A program made the translations under genes and the position numbers. From positions 288,001-352,000 of the forward strand of contig CAVTHK010000001.1 of assembly GCA_963734495.1 (NCBI GenBank): a stretch of 64,000 nt of DNA. Reading direction: 5' to 3'. Origin of the DNA: an uncultured Spirochaetota bacterium. Lineage in GTDB: Bacteria > Spirochaetota > Spirochaetia > SZUA-6 > CAVTHK01. Shown here in pieces: positions 39,033 to 47,840 of this stretch (its first letter is position 1; each line of letters starts with the position of its first letter). The notes below the pieces were generated by a model. The model was not told where the DNA came from. It saw only the letters and a list, made by a program, of their open reading frames with translations, and searched no databases.

Positions 39033-39832
39033 GGTTGAAGGGGAAGGTCGCCGTCGTGACCGGGTCGACCGCCGGCATCGGGCGCGCGACCGTGGAGCTC
39101 TTCGCCGAAGAGGGCGCAAGCGTCGTCGTGAGCGGCCGCCGCGCGGAGGCGGGCGAGAACGTGGTGCAGGGCATCCGTGCCCGGGGCGGGACCGCGAGCT
39201 TCTTCGCCGCCGACGTGACGCGGGCGGCCGATCTGCGCGGCCTCATCGGCTTCGCGGTGGCGACCTACGGCCGGCTCGACATCCTGATGAACAACGCCTG
39301 GTCCGGCAGGACCGCGTCCGTCACCGACCTCGACGAAGCCGAGTGGGACTTTGCCTTCGCGGTCAGCGTCAAGGCGGCCGCCCTCGCGAGCAAGTACGCC
39401 GTCCCCGAGATGATCAAGACCGGCGGCGGCTCGATCATCCACGTCGCGAGCGTGCACGGAGTCCGCGCGGCGAGGGACAACGCCTCGTACAACGCCGTCA
39501 AGGCCGCGCTCATCAATCTCGCGCGCGCGATGGCCATGGACTACGGGAAGCACAACATCCGGGTCAACGCGTTGTGCCCCGGCCGCATCGTCACGGAGGC
39601 CAAGGTCAGGTTCCTCGAGGCCCACCCCGAGCAGGTCGTGCTGCAGGAGCTGGTCTACCCGCTCGGGCGCGCCGGGACCATGCGCGAGGCCGCGACCGCG
39701 GCCCTCTTCCTGGCAAGCGACGACTCCTCCTTCGTCACCGGCCACGCGCTGATGGTCGACGGCGGCCTGACCGCGCAGCTCCCTGACTCAGTCGCTGCCC
39801 ACGTCGAGGCCGCCCTGCGCGCGCGCCGCTGA
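39029..39832 (+). CDS. SDR family oxidoreductase
   Basis: TGSTAGIG, NNA, YNAVK and VDGG motifs; ATGA overlap. Confidence 0.92.
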   Translation: MRLKGKVAVVTGSTAGIGRATVELFAEEGASVVVSGRRAEAGENVVQGIRARGGTASFFAADVTRAADLRGLIGFAVATYGRLDILMNNAWSGRTASVTDLDEAEWDFAFAVSVKAAALASKYAVPEMIKTGGGSIIHVASVHGVRAARDNASYNAVKAALINLARAMAMDYGKHNIRVNALCPGRIVTEAKVRFLEAHPEQVVLQELVYPLGRAGTMREAATAALFLASDDSSFVTGHALMVDGGLTAQLPDSVAAHVEAALRARR

Positions 39833-39905
39833 CGGCCGGCGGCGACCGCGCGAACCCGCCCCGCCAGCCGGGAGCGGGCGGACGCGACCGGGCGTTTGAC
39901 TTCAT

Positions 39906-39939
39906 TTTGATACTATGTTATGAGTATCATAGTATCAAA
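39906..39939 (+). promoter_or_regulatory. Promoter overlapped by a 12-bp perfect inverted repeat (probable PadR operator)
   Basis: TTTGATACTATG-N10-CATAGTATCAAA containing TTGATA-N17-TAGTAT. Confidence 0.75.
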
Positions 39940-39968
39940 TGAAGGGCACTCCGCCCGGGAGGTTCGCC

Positions 39969-40529
39969 ATGTCCATCAAGTTTGCCATGCTCGGGTTCCT
40001 GAGCTGGAAGCCGTTCAGCGGCTACGATCTCAAGAAGATGCTTTCGGACTCGCTCGCCTTCTACTGGACGGGAAACAACGCGCAGATCTACCGGACGCTG
40101 CTGCAGCTCGAGCGCGACGGGCTCGTCACCAGGGAGGTGCAGGTCCAGGAGAAGTACCCGCCGCGCAAGGTCTACACGATCACGGCGCAGGGCACGGCCG
40201 CGTTGCGCGAGTGGACGGCGTCGGCCCCCGAGCTGCCCGAGGTGCGCAGCACGTTCCTGGTGCAGCTCGCGTGGGCCGACTCGCTCGCCGCCGGGGAGCT
40301 GGACGCGCTGCTCGCGCGCTACGAGCACGAGGTCGAGATGCAGCTGCTCATGCGGCAGGAGATGCGCAGGCGCGGCACCCTGAGCCCGGCCCGCACGCCG
40401 CGCGAGACCTTTCTCTGGCGGATGATCGAAGAGAACGGCATCGGCTCGTTCGAGTGCGAGCTGGCCTGGGTGCGCAGAGTCCGACGCGAGATGCCCGTTG
40501 CGGGCGCCGCGCGAAAGCGGGCGAAGTGA
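39969..40529 (+). CDS. PadR family transcriptional regulator
   Basis: MLGFLSWKPFSGYDLKK, QIYRTL and RKVYTITAQG motifs; GGAGG RBS. Confidence 0.92.
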   Translation: MSIKFAMLGFLSWKPFSGYDLKKMLSDSLAFYWTGNNAQIYRTLLQLERDGLVTREVQVQEKYPPRKVYTITAQGTAALREWTASAPELPEVRSTFLVQLAWADSLAAGELDALLARYEHEVEMQLLMRQEMRRRGTLSPARTPRETFLWRMIEENGIGSFECELAWVRRVRREMPVAGAARKRAK

Positions 40530-40722
40530 TGGAACGGGCCGGCTCCGGCCGGCCCCTTTTCCTCGCATGAAGTTGTCGGCGGACCCTCAAAGAACTAAGA
40601 TTGACATTGGCGCAAAAGGTCCTCCGATCGCCGCGGGTCGCGGCGGAGGTGCGCCTATCGTTGCCGGTCTACGGGTCGTCAGGGAGGGGACGTTCCGGCA
40701 GCCCGGCCCGCCGGGGGTCTGA

Positions 40723-42414
40723 TTGAACGTCTTCGAAGACATCGTGAACCGATCGAGCGATTTCATCACGCTCATCAGTCGCGACTACACATACGAGGTT
40801 GCCAACGACTCCTACTGCGAGCAGATAGGGAAGAGCCGGGCGGACGTCGTGGGCCACACGGTCGCCGAGGTCTGGGGGCCCGAGCGCTTCGAGAGCTCGA
40901 TCAAGGGATACCTGGACCGCTGCTTTTCCGGCGAGCAGGTCAACTATATCGACAAGTTCAAGTTCGGGCCCTTCGACCGGCACATGCACGTGACCTATTT
41001 CCCGCGCAAGGAAGGCGAGAAGGTCACGCACGCCCTCGTCTTCTCGCACGACATCACGCAGATCAGCGAGATCGAGTCGCGTCTGACCAACTACGAGTAT
41101 CGCGACCCGGTCACGGGGCTGTTCAACCGCCGCTCGATGCAGATCATACTGGACAAGGAGATCGAACAGGCCCGCATGTCGAAGAACGAGAAGCTTCGGG
41201 CGGTCCTGTTTATCAGCGTCGAGAACCTGGGCCGCATCAACGACCTGTACGGGTACGAAACCGGCGACCTGCTGCTCGAGAACACCGGGCTGCGCGTCCG
41301 CAAAGCCTTGAGGGCGGGCGACTACGTGTTCCGCTTCGAGGGCAAGGAGCTGGCGGCCGTCATCACCGTGATCCCGCGCAAGACCGACCTGGGCGCAGTC
41401 GCCCAGGAAGTCTACAACCAGGTCACGCTCCCCTACACGTCGAACGGCAAGGCGATCGTCGTCGGGGCCGCGATCGGCGTCTCGCTGTATCCCGATGACG
41501 GCGAGAGCTCGGAGGCGGTGATCCGCAAGGCGCACATGGCCATGTCCGACGCGAAGAACCGCAAGGTGCCCTACGTGATCTTCGACCAGCAGCTCCACAC
41601 GGCCGCCCAGGACCGCTACGCGCTGGAGGGCGAGCTCGCGAGCGCGCTCGCCAACCGCCAGTTCGAGCTGCACTATCAGCCCATCGTGGACAACGCGGGC
41701 AGGATCCTCGGGGCGGAGGCTCTCATCCGCTGGCGACACCCCCGGCTCGGGCTCGTGCCGCCGATGGAGTTCATCCCGCTGGCGGTCGACTCCGGCCACA
41801 TCACGGCCATCGGCAAGTGGGTGCTCTTTACCGCCTGCGAGCAGCTTGCGAGGTGGTCGACGGAGCACGATCTCTTCGTCACGGTCAACATGTCGGCCAG
41901 CGAGTTCAACGACGGGCACCTGATCGACAGCATCCAGGCGGCCATCAGCCAGGCGCGGATCCGGCCGGACCAGCTCAAGATCGAGATCACGGAGACCGAG
42001 TGCATGGAGGACCCGACCGCGGCGGCGGAGAGGATGCGCGAGATCCAGAGCCTCGGCGTCGAGGTCCTGATCGACGACTTCGGCACCGGACAGTCGTCGC
42101 TCGGCTACCTCAAGAGCCTGCCCTGCAGCGCGCTCAAGCTCGACAAGTCGTTCGTCAAGGACGTCGAGACTCGCGAAGACGAGCGGGAGTTCCTCCGTCA
42201 CCTGGTGAACGCGATCAAGAGCCGCATTCCCAAGGTGGTGATCGAAGGAGTGGAGGCGGCGGGCCAGGCGTGGCACGCCCGCAAGCTGAGCTGCGACCTC
42301 ATGCAGGGCTCTTTCTTCGGCTGGGCGGTGCCTCCGCAGGAGTTCGAGGAGCTTCTCGCGCGCAACGCGGCGGCGGCCGAAGCCCCCGCGGCCCAGAACC
42401 CATCGGGAAACTGA
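40723..42414 (+). CDS. PAS-GGDEF(degenerate)-EAL protein, probable c-di-GMP phosphodiesterase
   Basis: PAS N-terminus; EGKEL in place of GGDEF; intact EAL, EITE, DDFGTG and EGVE. Confidence 0.88.
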   Translation: MNVFEDIVNRSSDFITLISRDYTYEVANDSYCEQIGKSRADVVGHTVAEVWGPERFESSIKGYLDRCFSGEQVNYIDKFKFGPFDRHMHVTYFPRKEGEKVTHALVFSHDITQISEIESRLTNYEYRDPVTGLFNRRSMQIILDKEIEQARMSKNEKLRAVLFISVENLGRINDLYGYETGDLLLENTGLRVRKALRAGDYVFRFEGKELAAVITVIPRKTDLGAVAQEVYNQVTLPYTSNGKAIVVGAAIGVSLYPDDGESSEAVIRKAHMAMSDAKNRKVPYVIFDQQLHTAAQDRYALEGELASALANRQFELHYQPIVDNAGRILGAEALIRWRHPRLGLVPPMEFIPLAVDSGHITAIGKWVLFTACEQLARWSTEHDLFVTVNMSASEFNDGHLIDSIQAAISQARIRPDQLKIEITETECMEDPTAAAERMREIQSLGVEVLIDDFGTGQSSLGYLKSLPCSALKLDKSFVKDVETREDEREFLRHLVNAIKSRIPKVVIEGVEAAGQAWHARKLSCDLMQGSFFGWAVPPQEFEELLARNAAAAEAPAAQNPSGN

Positions 42415-42620
42415 TCCGGGAGCGCGCGAGGGCGCCCGGCGGGGGCACAGCCTGCGCACTCGGTCGACCCACCTGACGGACGGGCGCGCGACAGACGGGC
42501 GGGCCTGGACGGGGCCGACGGGGCCCCGGACTGGGCCGCAGACAACTGGGCCCCGGACTCTTGACTATCCGCGCAAAGATCGGCAAAGTGCCCGGGTCAA
42601 CTTCAACAGGAGGTCAAAGA

Positions 42621-43340
42621 ATGACTCGCAAACTGATCATCGTGGGGGCAGTGTTTGCCCTGATCGGTGGGTTCGCTCTCGCCCAGGAGCTCAAGGTCGA
42701 GTACCAGTTCAACGTGTCCGGTGCCGACGCGGGGAACTACTTCTCCTTTATCGGGCCCATCCGCTACATGTCGGCGCTCAAGGATACGGTCGATGCGACC
42801 AGCGGAGCCTCGAAGCTGCACTCGACCGAGAACTTCAACGCCTATCGCTACGACGTAAAGGGTAAGCTGACTCTGCCCGAAGGATTGCGCGGGCTCTTCC
42901 TCTTTGCCGTCGCCCCCCTCGCGCAGCTCCAGTCCGACAACCTTACGGTCGCCAAGGCGGGGGATGGCGTCATCACGATCCACTACGCGCACCGCGGGAC
43001 CGCCTACGAGCTCATCACCGACAAGAGCGGCAAGCTCGTGTTCCCCGAGGCGGCCGGCCGCAAGCGGGCGATCGGCTACATCCAGGGCGACGGGCCGCAG
43101 GTGATCAGCCGGGACTTCTCCCGCAACGGGAAGGCTGATGGGGTGGACTGGAAGAAGGTCTGGGACGCGGGCGTTGCGGGCGGCAAGGAAATCACCGCGG
43201 GCGTCGCCAGCAAGACCGGCAACATCGCCCCCGACGGCGCCGAACCGACCTCGATGTTCTACTGGCAGGGAGCGCTGCAGTTCACGTTCGAGCGGAACAT
43301 TCTCAAGGTCGTCGGCGGAATGAACTCGGTCAAGCGCTGA
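42621..43340 (+). CDS. Secreted hypothetical protein with a DxxSGAS flavinylation-like motif
   Basis: Signal peptide ending ALA-Q; AGGAGG RBS; VDATSGAS; own terminator. Confidence 0.7.
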   Translation: MTRKLIIVGAVFALIGGFALAQELKVEYQFNVSGADAGNYFSFIGPIRYMSALKDTVDATSGASKLHSTENFNAYRYDVKGKLTLPEGLRGLFLFAVAPLAQLQSDNLTVAKAGDGVITIHYAHRGTAYELITDKSGKLVFPEAAGRKRAIGYIQGDGPQVISRDFSRNGKADGVDWKKVWDAGVAGGKEITAGVASKTGNIAPDGAEPTSMFYWQGALQFTFERNILKVVGGMNSVKR

Positions 43341-43356
43341 GATCCCGACAAGTCAC

Positions 43357-43393
43357 GAAGCCGCCGGCGCCACGTGCCGGCGGCTTTCTTTTT
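43357..43393 (+). terminator. Rho-independent terminator
   Basis: AAGCCGCCGGCGC-cac-GTGCCGGCGGCTT followed by TCTTTTT. Confidence 0.85.
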
Positions 43394-43415
43394 GTCCGGC
43401 CACCTTTGGGCCGTT

Positions 43416-44543
43416 TCAGAGCGCAGCCGCGAGCCGCGAGATTCCCTCCGTGATGCGCTTCTCGTCGTAGTATGAGAAGCTCAATCGCGCGAACTCCTCC
43501 AGGCTGCCGCGCGTCGAAAAGCGGCCGCCCGGCGCGAACGTGACGCCGCGGGCGCGCGCCCGCGGCAGCAGCTCCTCCGCGCGGTCCGGGCCTTCCAGCC
43601 GCACCCAGAAGAAGAAGCCCCCGGCCGGCGCCCTCCACCTCGCGCGCTCCCCCGGGAGGCTCTCCAGGCCTGCGGCCATCGCCTGAGCGCGCGAGCGGTA
43701 GGCCTCGCGCAGCCGCAGCAGATGCGCCTCGAGCGTTCCGATTTCCAGCATGCTGCGCACCACCGCCGAAGTGAACGGGCCCATCCCGCCCCCGCTGTCG
43801 AGGAGACCGCAGCTGCTGAGCCTCTGCAGCAGATCCGGCGGCCCCTGGACCCAGCCCAGCCGAAGACCGGGCGCGAGGATCTTGGAGAAGGAGCCGAGGG
43901 AGAGCACGCCGCCCTGCGCGGCGGACGCGGCGAACGGGCGCGGATGCTCGCCGGCAAAGGTCAGCATGTGGTAGACCTCGTCGGCCACGACGAGGACGCC
44001 GCGCTCCCGGCACAGCGCGAGCAGCGCGTCCCTGCGGGCCGCCGGCAGCGTCGCGCCCGTGGGATTCTGATGCGTCGGCACGGTGTACAGCACGACCGGT
44101 CTGTCGCGGTGCAGGCGGTCGCGAAGCGCGTCGGGAACGAGGCCGTCGCCGTCGGTGGCGACGCCCTGCACCCGCAGGCCGTGGTCCGCGAAGATCCTCA
44201 GCGCCAGGAAGTAAGTCGGCTCCTCCACGAGGACGAGGTCGCCGGGACGCGTAAAGAGCGAACAGACAAGGTCCAGCGCCTGCGAGGCACCGCCGGAGAC
44301 GAAGAGCTCGTCCGGCCGGACCTCGAACGCGTACTCGCGCGTGAGGAACCGCGCGAGCTCAGTGCGAAAGCGGAGGTCTCCCGGCTCGTAGCCGTACTGC
44401 AGGAGCGAGCGATCGCCCTGCGCCAGGCGATGGGCGGCCGCGTCCCGCAGCAGCTCGAGAGGGAGCAGCTCCGGCCCCGGGTGGCCGATCGCCAGGTCGA
44501 TGATGCCCGGGTCGACTTCCCTCTGCGTGGTCTGTGTCGTCAT
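43416..44543 (-). CDS. PLP-dependent aminotransferase, class I/II
   Basis: VEEPTY, PTHQNPTG, ADEVY and GSFSKILAPGLRLGW motifs. Confidence 0.92.
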   Translation of the reverse strand: MTTQTTQREVDPGIIDLAIGHPGPELLPLELLRDAAAHRLAQGDRSLLQYGYEPGDLRFRTELARFLTREYAFEVRPDELFVSGGASQALDLVCSLFTRPGDLVLVEEPTYFLALRIFADHGLRVQGVATDGDGLVPDALRDRLHRDRPVVLYTVPTHQNPTGATLPAARRDALLALCRERGVLVVADEVYHMLTFAGEHPRPFAASAAQGGVLSLGSFSKILAPGLRLGWVQGPPDLLQRLSSCGLLDSGGGMGPFTSAVVRSMLEIGTLEAHLLRLREAYRSRAQAMAAGLESLPGERARWRAPAGGFFFWVRLEGPDRAEELLPRARARGVTFAPGGRFSTRGSLEEFARLSFSYYDEKRITEGISRLAAAL

Positions 44544-44546
44544 CTC

Positions 44547-46523
44547 CTACCGGAACACGAGCATGCCGTGGCCGTCGAGCAGCGTCACCCGCACCCGCGC
44601 GTAGCCGTCGCGGTACTCGCACGCGAGGTCGACGCCATGCGGCTCCAGGCGGGCGGAGCGCGGCGCCTTTAGGAGCTTGACCGCGATCGGAACTTCGACC
44701 AGCGGCAGGGCATCCTCCACGATGTCGAGCCCCTCGGCCCGGCGCTCGGGGGCGAACGAAAGCAGGTGGACGATCGTCGCGGCGCCCTTGCGCACGACCG
44801 TCGTCTCCAGGCGCGACGGCCCTTCGGCGCGCACCAGCGGCTCGGGCAACAGCAGGTCGATGCAGTTGCCGAGCAGCGTGCGGTAGTTGGGCGCCGCGTG
44901 CAGCCCGTAGGCCTCGAGGATGGGCACGGAGAACGTGATCGCGCGCCCGTTGCGCACCGCGGCCGAGTACGGCGACAGCTTCGCCGGCGGCGTGTACGAG
45001 TGGCCCGAGAACTGCAGCCACCCGCGCTCGAACCACGGCTCGACGACGCGCACGAGCGACTCGGCGCCGGCCGCGGGCTTCATGCGGAAACCCGGCTCGT
45101 ACATCACGTAGTCGTAGTCCGCGAGACCGCGCGAGACCTTCTTTGCCGCCCTGAGGAACGTATGGGTGAAGGGGCTCGCCCCGTCGACCTCGATGCCCAG
45201 CCCGGCGAGGGCCGGCTTGCCCGCGTCGTCGAGCGCCGCGCGGCCGCAGACGATGAGCGCACCGCCTGCGGCCAGGTAGGCGGTCAGGCTCGCCGCGAGC
45301 GCCGCGTCGATGCGCGTGGACTCCGGCACGATCGCCAGCTCGTAGCCCGCGAGCTTCGCGTCGGGGCCGACGACGTCGAACTGCTGCTGCAGTTGCTGCA
45401 GCCCGCGCGTCGCGCCGACACCGGACGGCCCCGGGCGGTCGCCAAGCCCGGGGTCGACGATGAGCGCGATCTGGCTCGCGAGCTCGCCTCCGGCGACGTG
45501 GGGCTCGCACTTCTCGATGTGCGCGTACACGCGGCCGATCAGGTCGTACACCGCCTTCTGCGGCCGTCCGTGCGGATGCAGCAGGTCGCCGACTCCGCCG
45601 GTCATCGCCTGGCTCAGGATCTGGCAGCACTCGTACTTGAGCGCCATCTCCGGCTTGAGCGACGCGTTGTCGCCCCAGCTCTTGAAGAAGCGGCCGGTGT
45701 GGCTGAGGGCGGGCAGGCCGAGCGGGCGCACGAAGCGCGCGACGTAGGGGAAGTAGGCGTAGCCCCAGCCGCCGGTGGGCAGGGCCTCGATCTCGACGTG
45801 GCGCAGGTATTTCTTTTCGACGCGCAGGTTGAGCTTGGGCCTGCTGTTGAACCAGGTGCCCATGTGATCCGCGCCACTGCCCGCGGCCTCGACCATGGCG
45901 GAGAAGCGCTTCATGTAGGCGAGGGCCACCTCGCGGGCGTAGCGGTTGCGGTCGTCCTCGACGCGCGGGTCGTAGCCCTTCGTCACCATGCCCTCGACCG
46001 CCCACTTCGAGATGCTCGGCTGGTCCCAGCACATGTCGAGGAAGATGCCGTCAACAGGCTTGTAGACGGTGAGCACCTCCCCGAGGATCTCCGCGATGTA
46101 GTCCTGGTACGGGCTCGACATGTCGAGCACCTGCCAGCCGGCATCGAAAGGGCCGGCCCGGCGCTTGGAGCGCTTGCCGTCGGCCTCGATCGCCACCCAC
46201 TCGGGGTGCTGATTGGCCGCGTACTCGTTGACCTGGCAGGAGATGTAGATCGGCGCCCGGATGCCCTCGCTGTGCAGCGCCTCCACCTGCGCGCCGGTCA
46301 AGTCGAAGCCGCGCGCGAGGCCCGGATGCCGCGACGGGTGCGCGGTGCGGTAGTAGGTGTGGCCGTGGTGGCAGAGCGCGAAGACGGTGACGGAGTCGAC
46401 GTGCGCCTCCTTGAAGGTCCGCGCGAACTCCTTTGCGTCGAAGTCCTTTGCCACTCCGGGGACGTCGGGCCCCGTGTGGAAGTCGAGATGAATGGTCCTC
46501 GAGGGGAAGGTGAACCTGGCCAT
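44547..46523 (-). CDS. GH151-like alpha-L-fucosidase (catalytic barrel plus beta-galactosidase-trimerisation-like domain)
   Basis: RTIHLDFHT, FALCHHG, DGIFLD, HVEIEALPTGGWGY, TGRFFKSWGD and GDLLHP motifs; AAGGAG RBS before ATG 46523. Confidence 0.75.
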   Translation of the reverse strand: MARFTFPSRTIHLDFHTGPDVPGVAKDFDAKEFARTFKEAHVDSVTVFALCHHGHTYYRTAHPSRHPGLARGFDLTGAQVEALHSEGIRAPIYISCQVNEYAANQHPEWVAIEADGKRSKRRAGPFDAGWQVLDMSSPYQDYIAEILGEVLTVYKPVDGIFLDMCWDQPSISKWAVEGMVTKGYDPRVEDDRNRYAREVALAYMKRFSAMVEAAGSGADHMGTWFNSRPKLNLRVEKKYLRHVEIEALPTGGWGYAYFPYVARFVRPLGLPALSHTGRFFKSWGDNASLKPEMALKYECCQILSQAMTGGVGDLLHPHGRPQKAVYDLIGRVYAHIEKCEPHVAGGELASQIALIVDPGLGDRPGPSGVGATRGLQQLQQQFDVVGPDAKLAGYELAIVPESTRIDAALAASLTAYLAAGGALIVCGRAALDDAGKPALAGLGIEVDGASPFTHTFLRAAKKVSRGLADYDYVMYEPGFRMKPAAGAESLVRVVEPWFERGWLQFSGHSYTPPAKLSPYSAAVRNGRAITFSVPILEAYGLHAAPNYRTLLGNCIDLLLPEPLVRAEGPSRLETTVVRKGAATIVHLLSFAPERRAEGLDIVEDALPLVEVPIAVKLLKAPRSARLEPHGVDLACEYRDGYARVRVTLLDGHGMLVFR

Positions 46524-46560
46524 GGGCGCTCCTTTTTCTGGCTTCGGGGGCGGCGCCCCC

Positions 46561-47583
46561 TTACTCGATCTCGTCGATGACGATCTTGGTGACCTCGCCC
46601 GGGTGGGCCTTCCAGAACGAGAGCGCCTCGCCGGCCCGCGCGAACGGAAAGCGGTGGGTGATGATCGGGGCCACATCGAGCCGGCTCTCGCGCAGCATCG
46701 CGATCACGTCGGCAAAGTCCGGCGGCAGCGCGTTGCGCGAGCCGCGGATGTCGAGCTCCTTCTGGACGAAGTTCTTCGTTTCGTACGGGACCTCCTTGCT
46801 CGCGTAGCCGATGTACACGACGGTCCCGCAGTAGCAGACGATATCGACGGCCGCCCGGTAGGTCTGCGGAAGCCCGACCGCCTCGATCACGACGTCGGCG
46901 CCGTGCCCGCCGGTGAGCGATAGGACGCGCTCGGCGAGCGGCTCGCTGCGGCTGTTGATGCCGGCGGCCGCGCCGAGAGCGCGCGCGAGGGCGATCTTGG
47001 CGTCGTCGATGTCGATGGCGATCACCTCCGCTCCGGCCCGCGCCGCCCCCACGATCGCGCCGAGGCCGATCATCCCGCAGCCGAACACCGCCACCTTGTC
47101 GCCCGGCTTGGCCTGGCCGCGGCGCACCGCGTGAAAGCCGACCGACAGCGGCTCGACCAGGGTCAGCCGGTCCCAGCTCAGGTCGCCCGCCGGAAACACC
47201 TTGGTTTCGGGCGCGCTGACGAACAGCGTCGCGGCCCCGTCGCGCTGCACCCCCATCGTCTGGTTGGACTTGCAGGCATTGGGCCGCCCCTTGCGGCAGG
47301 AGCTGCAGACGCCGCAGCTCGTGTACGGGTAGAGCGTCACGCGCGCGCCCTTCTCGAGCCGCGCCTGGACCCCGGGCCCGACCGACACGACCTCGGCCGC
47401 CGTCTCGTGCCCGACGATCCGGGGAAAGGTCACCAGGGGATTGTCGCCGGCGAACGACTTGAGGTCGCTGCCGCAGAGACCGAGCTGCCGGATGCGCACC
47501 AGCACCTCGCCCCGCCCCGGCGCGGGCTCAGGGATGTCGCGGAAGCCGGTCCTGCCCGGCTCCAGGATGGCGCACGCCTTCAT
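46561..47583 (-). CDS. Zinc-binding alcohol/sugar-acid dehydrogenase (L-galactonate dehydrogenase-like)
   Basis: GLCGSD, GHE, CGVCSSC..NAC, GCGMIG and KELDIRGSRNA motifs. Confidence 0.85.
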   Translation of the reverse strand: MKACAILEPGRTGFRDIPEPAPGRGEVLVRIRQLGLCGSDLKSFAGDNPLVTFPRIVGHETAAEVVSVGPGVQARLEKGARVTLYPYTSCGVCSSCRKGRPNACKSNQTMGVQRDGAATLFVSAPETKVFPAGDLSWDRLTLVEPLSVGFHAVRRGQAKPGDKVAVFGCGMIGLGAIVGAARAGAEVIAIDIDDAKIALARALGAAAGINSRSEPLAERVLSLTGGHGADVVIEAVGLPQTYRAAVDIVCYCGTVVYIGYASKEVPYETKNFVQKELDIRGSRNALPPDFADVIAMLRESRLDVAPIITHRFPFARAGEALSFWKAHPGEVTKIVIDEIE

Positions 47584-47598
47584 TCTTCCCTCCTATGA

Positions 47599-47839
47599 CG
47601 TGACGTCCCTCGTCACGTCCCAAGTCCCGAGTCCTCGAGGGGCCCTCCGTGACGTCCTCGTCACGTCCCAAGTCCCGAGTCCGCGAGGGGCCCTCCGTGA
47701 CGTCCTCGTCACGTCCCAAGTCCCGAGTCCGCGAGGGGCCCTCCGTGACGTCCTCGTCACGTCCCAAGTCCCGAGTCCTCGAGGGGCCCTCCGTGACGTC
47801 CTCGTCACGTCCCAAGTCCCGAGTCCTCGAAGGGCCCTG
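47599..47839. repeat. Intergenic tandem array, 5 x 48 bp, each unit palindromic, no spacers
   Basis: Unit CGTGACGTCCTCGTCACGTCCCAAGTCCCGAGTCC(T/G)CGAGGGGCCCTC starting at 47599 (49 bp), 47648, 47696, 47744 and 47792. Confidence 0.95.
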
Positions 47840-47840
47840 C

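Noticed and set aside
47599-47839. CRISPR array
   Set aside because: Units are contiguous and near-identical with no unique spacers, and there are no cas genes in the window
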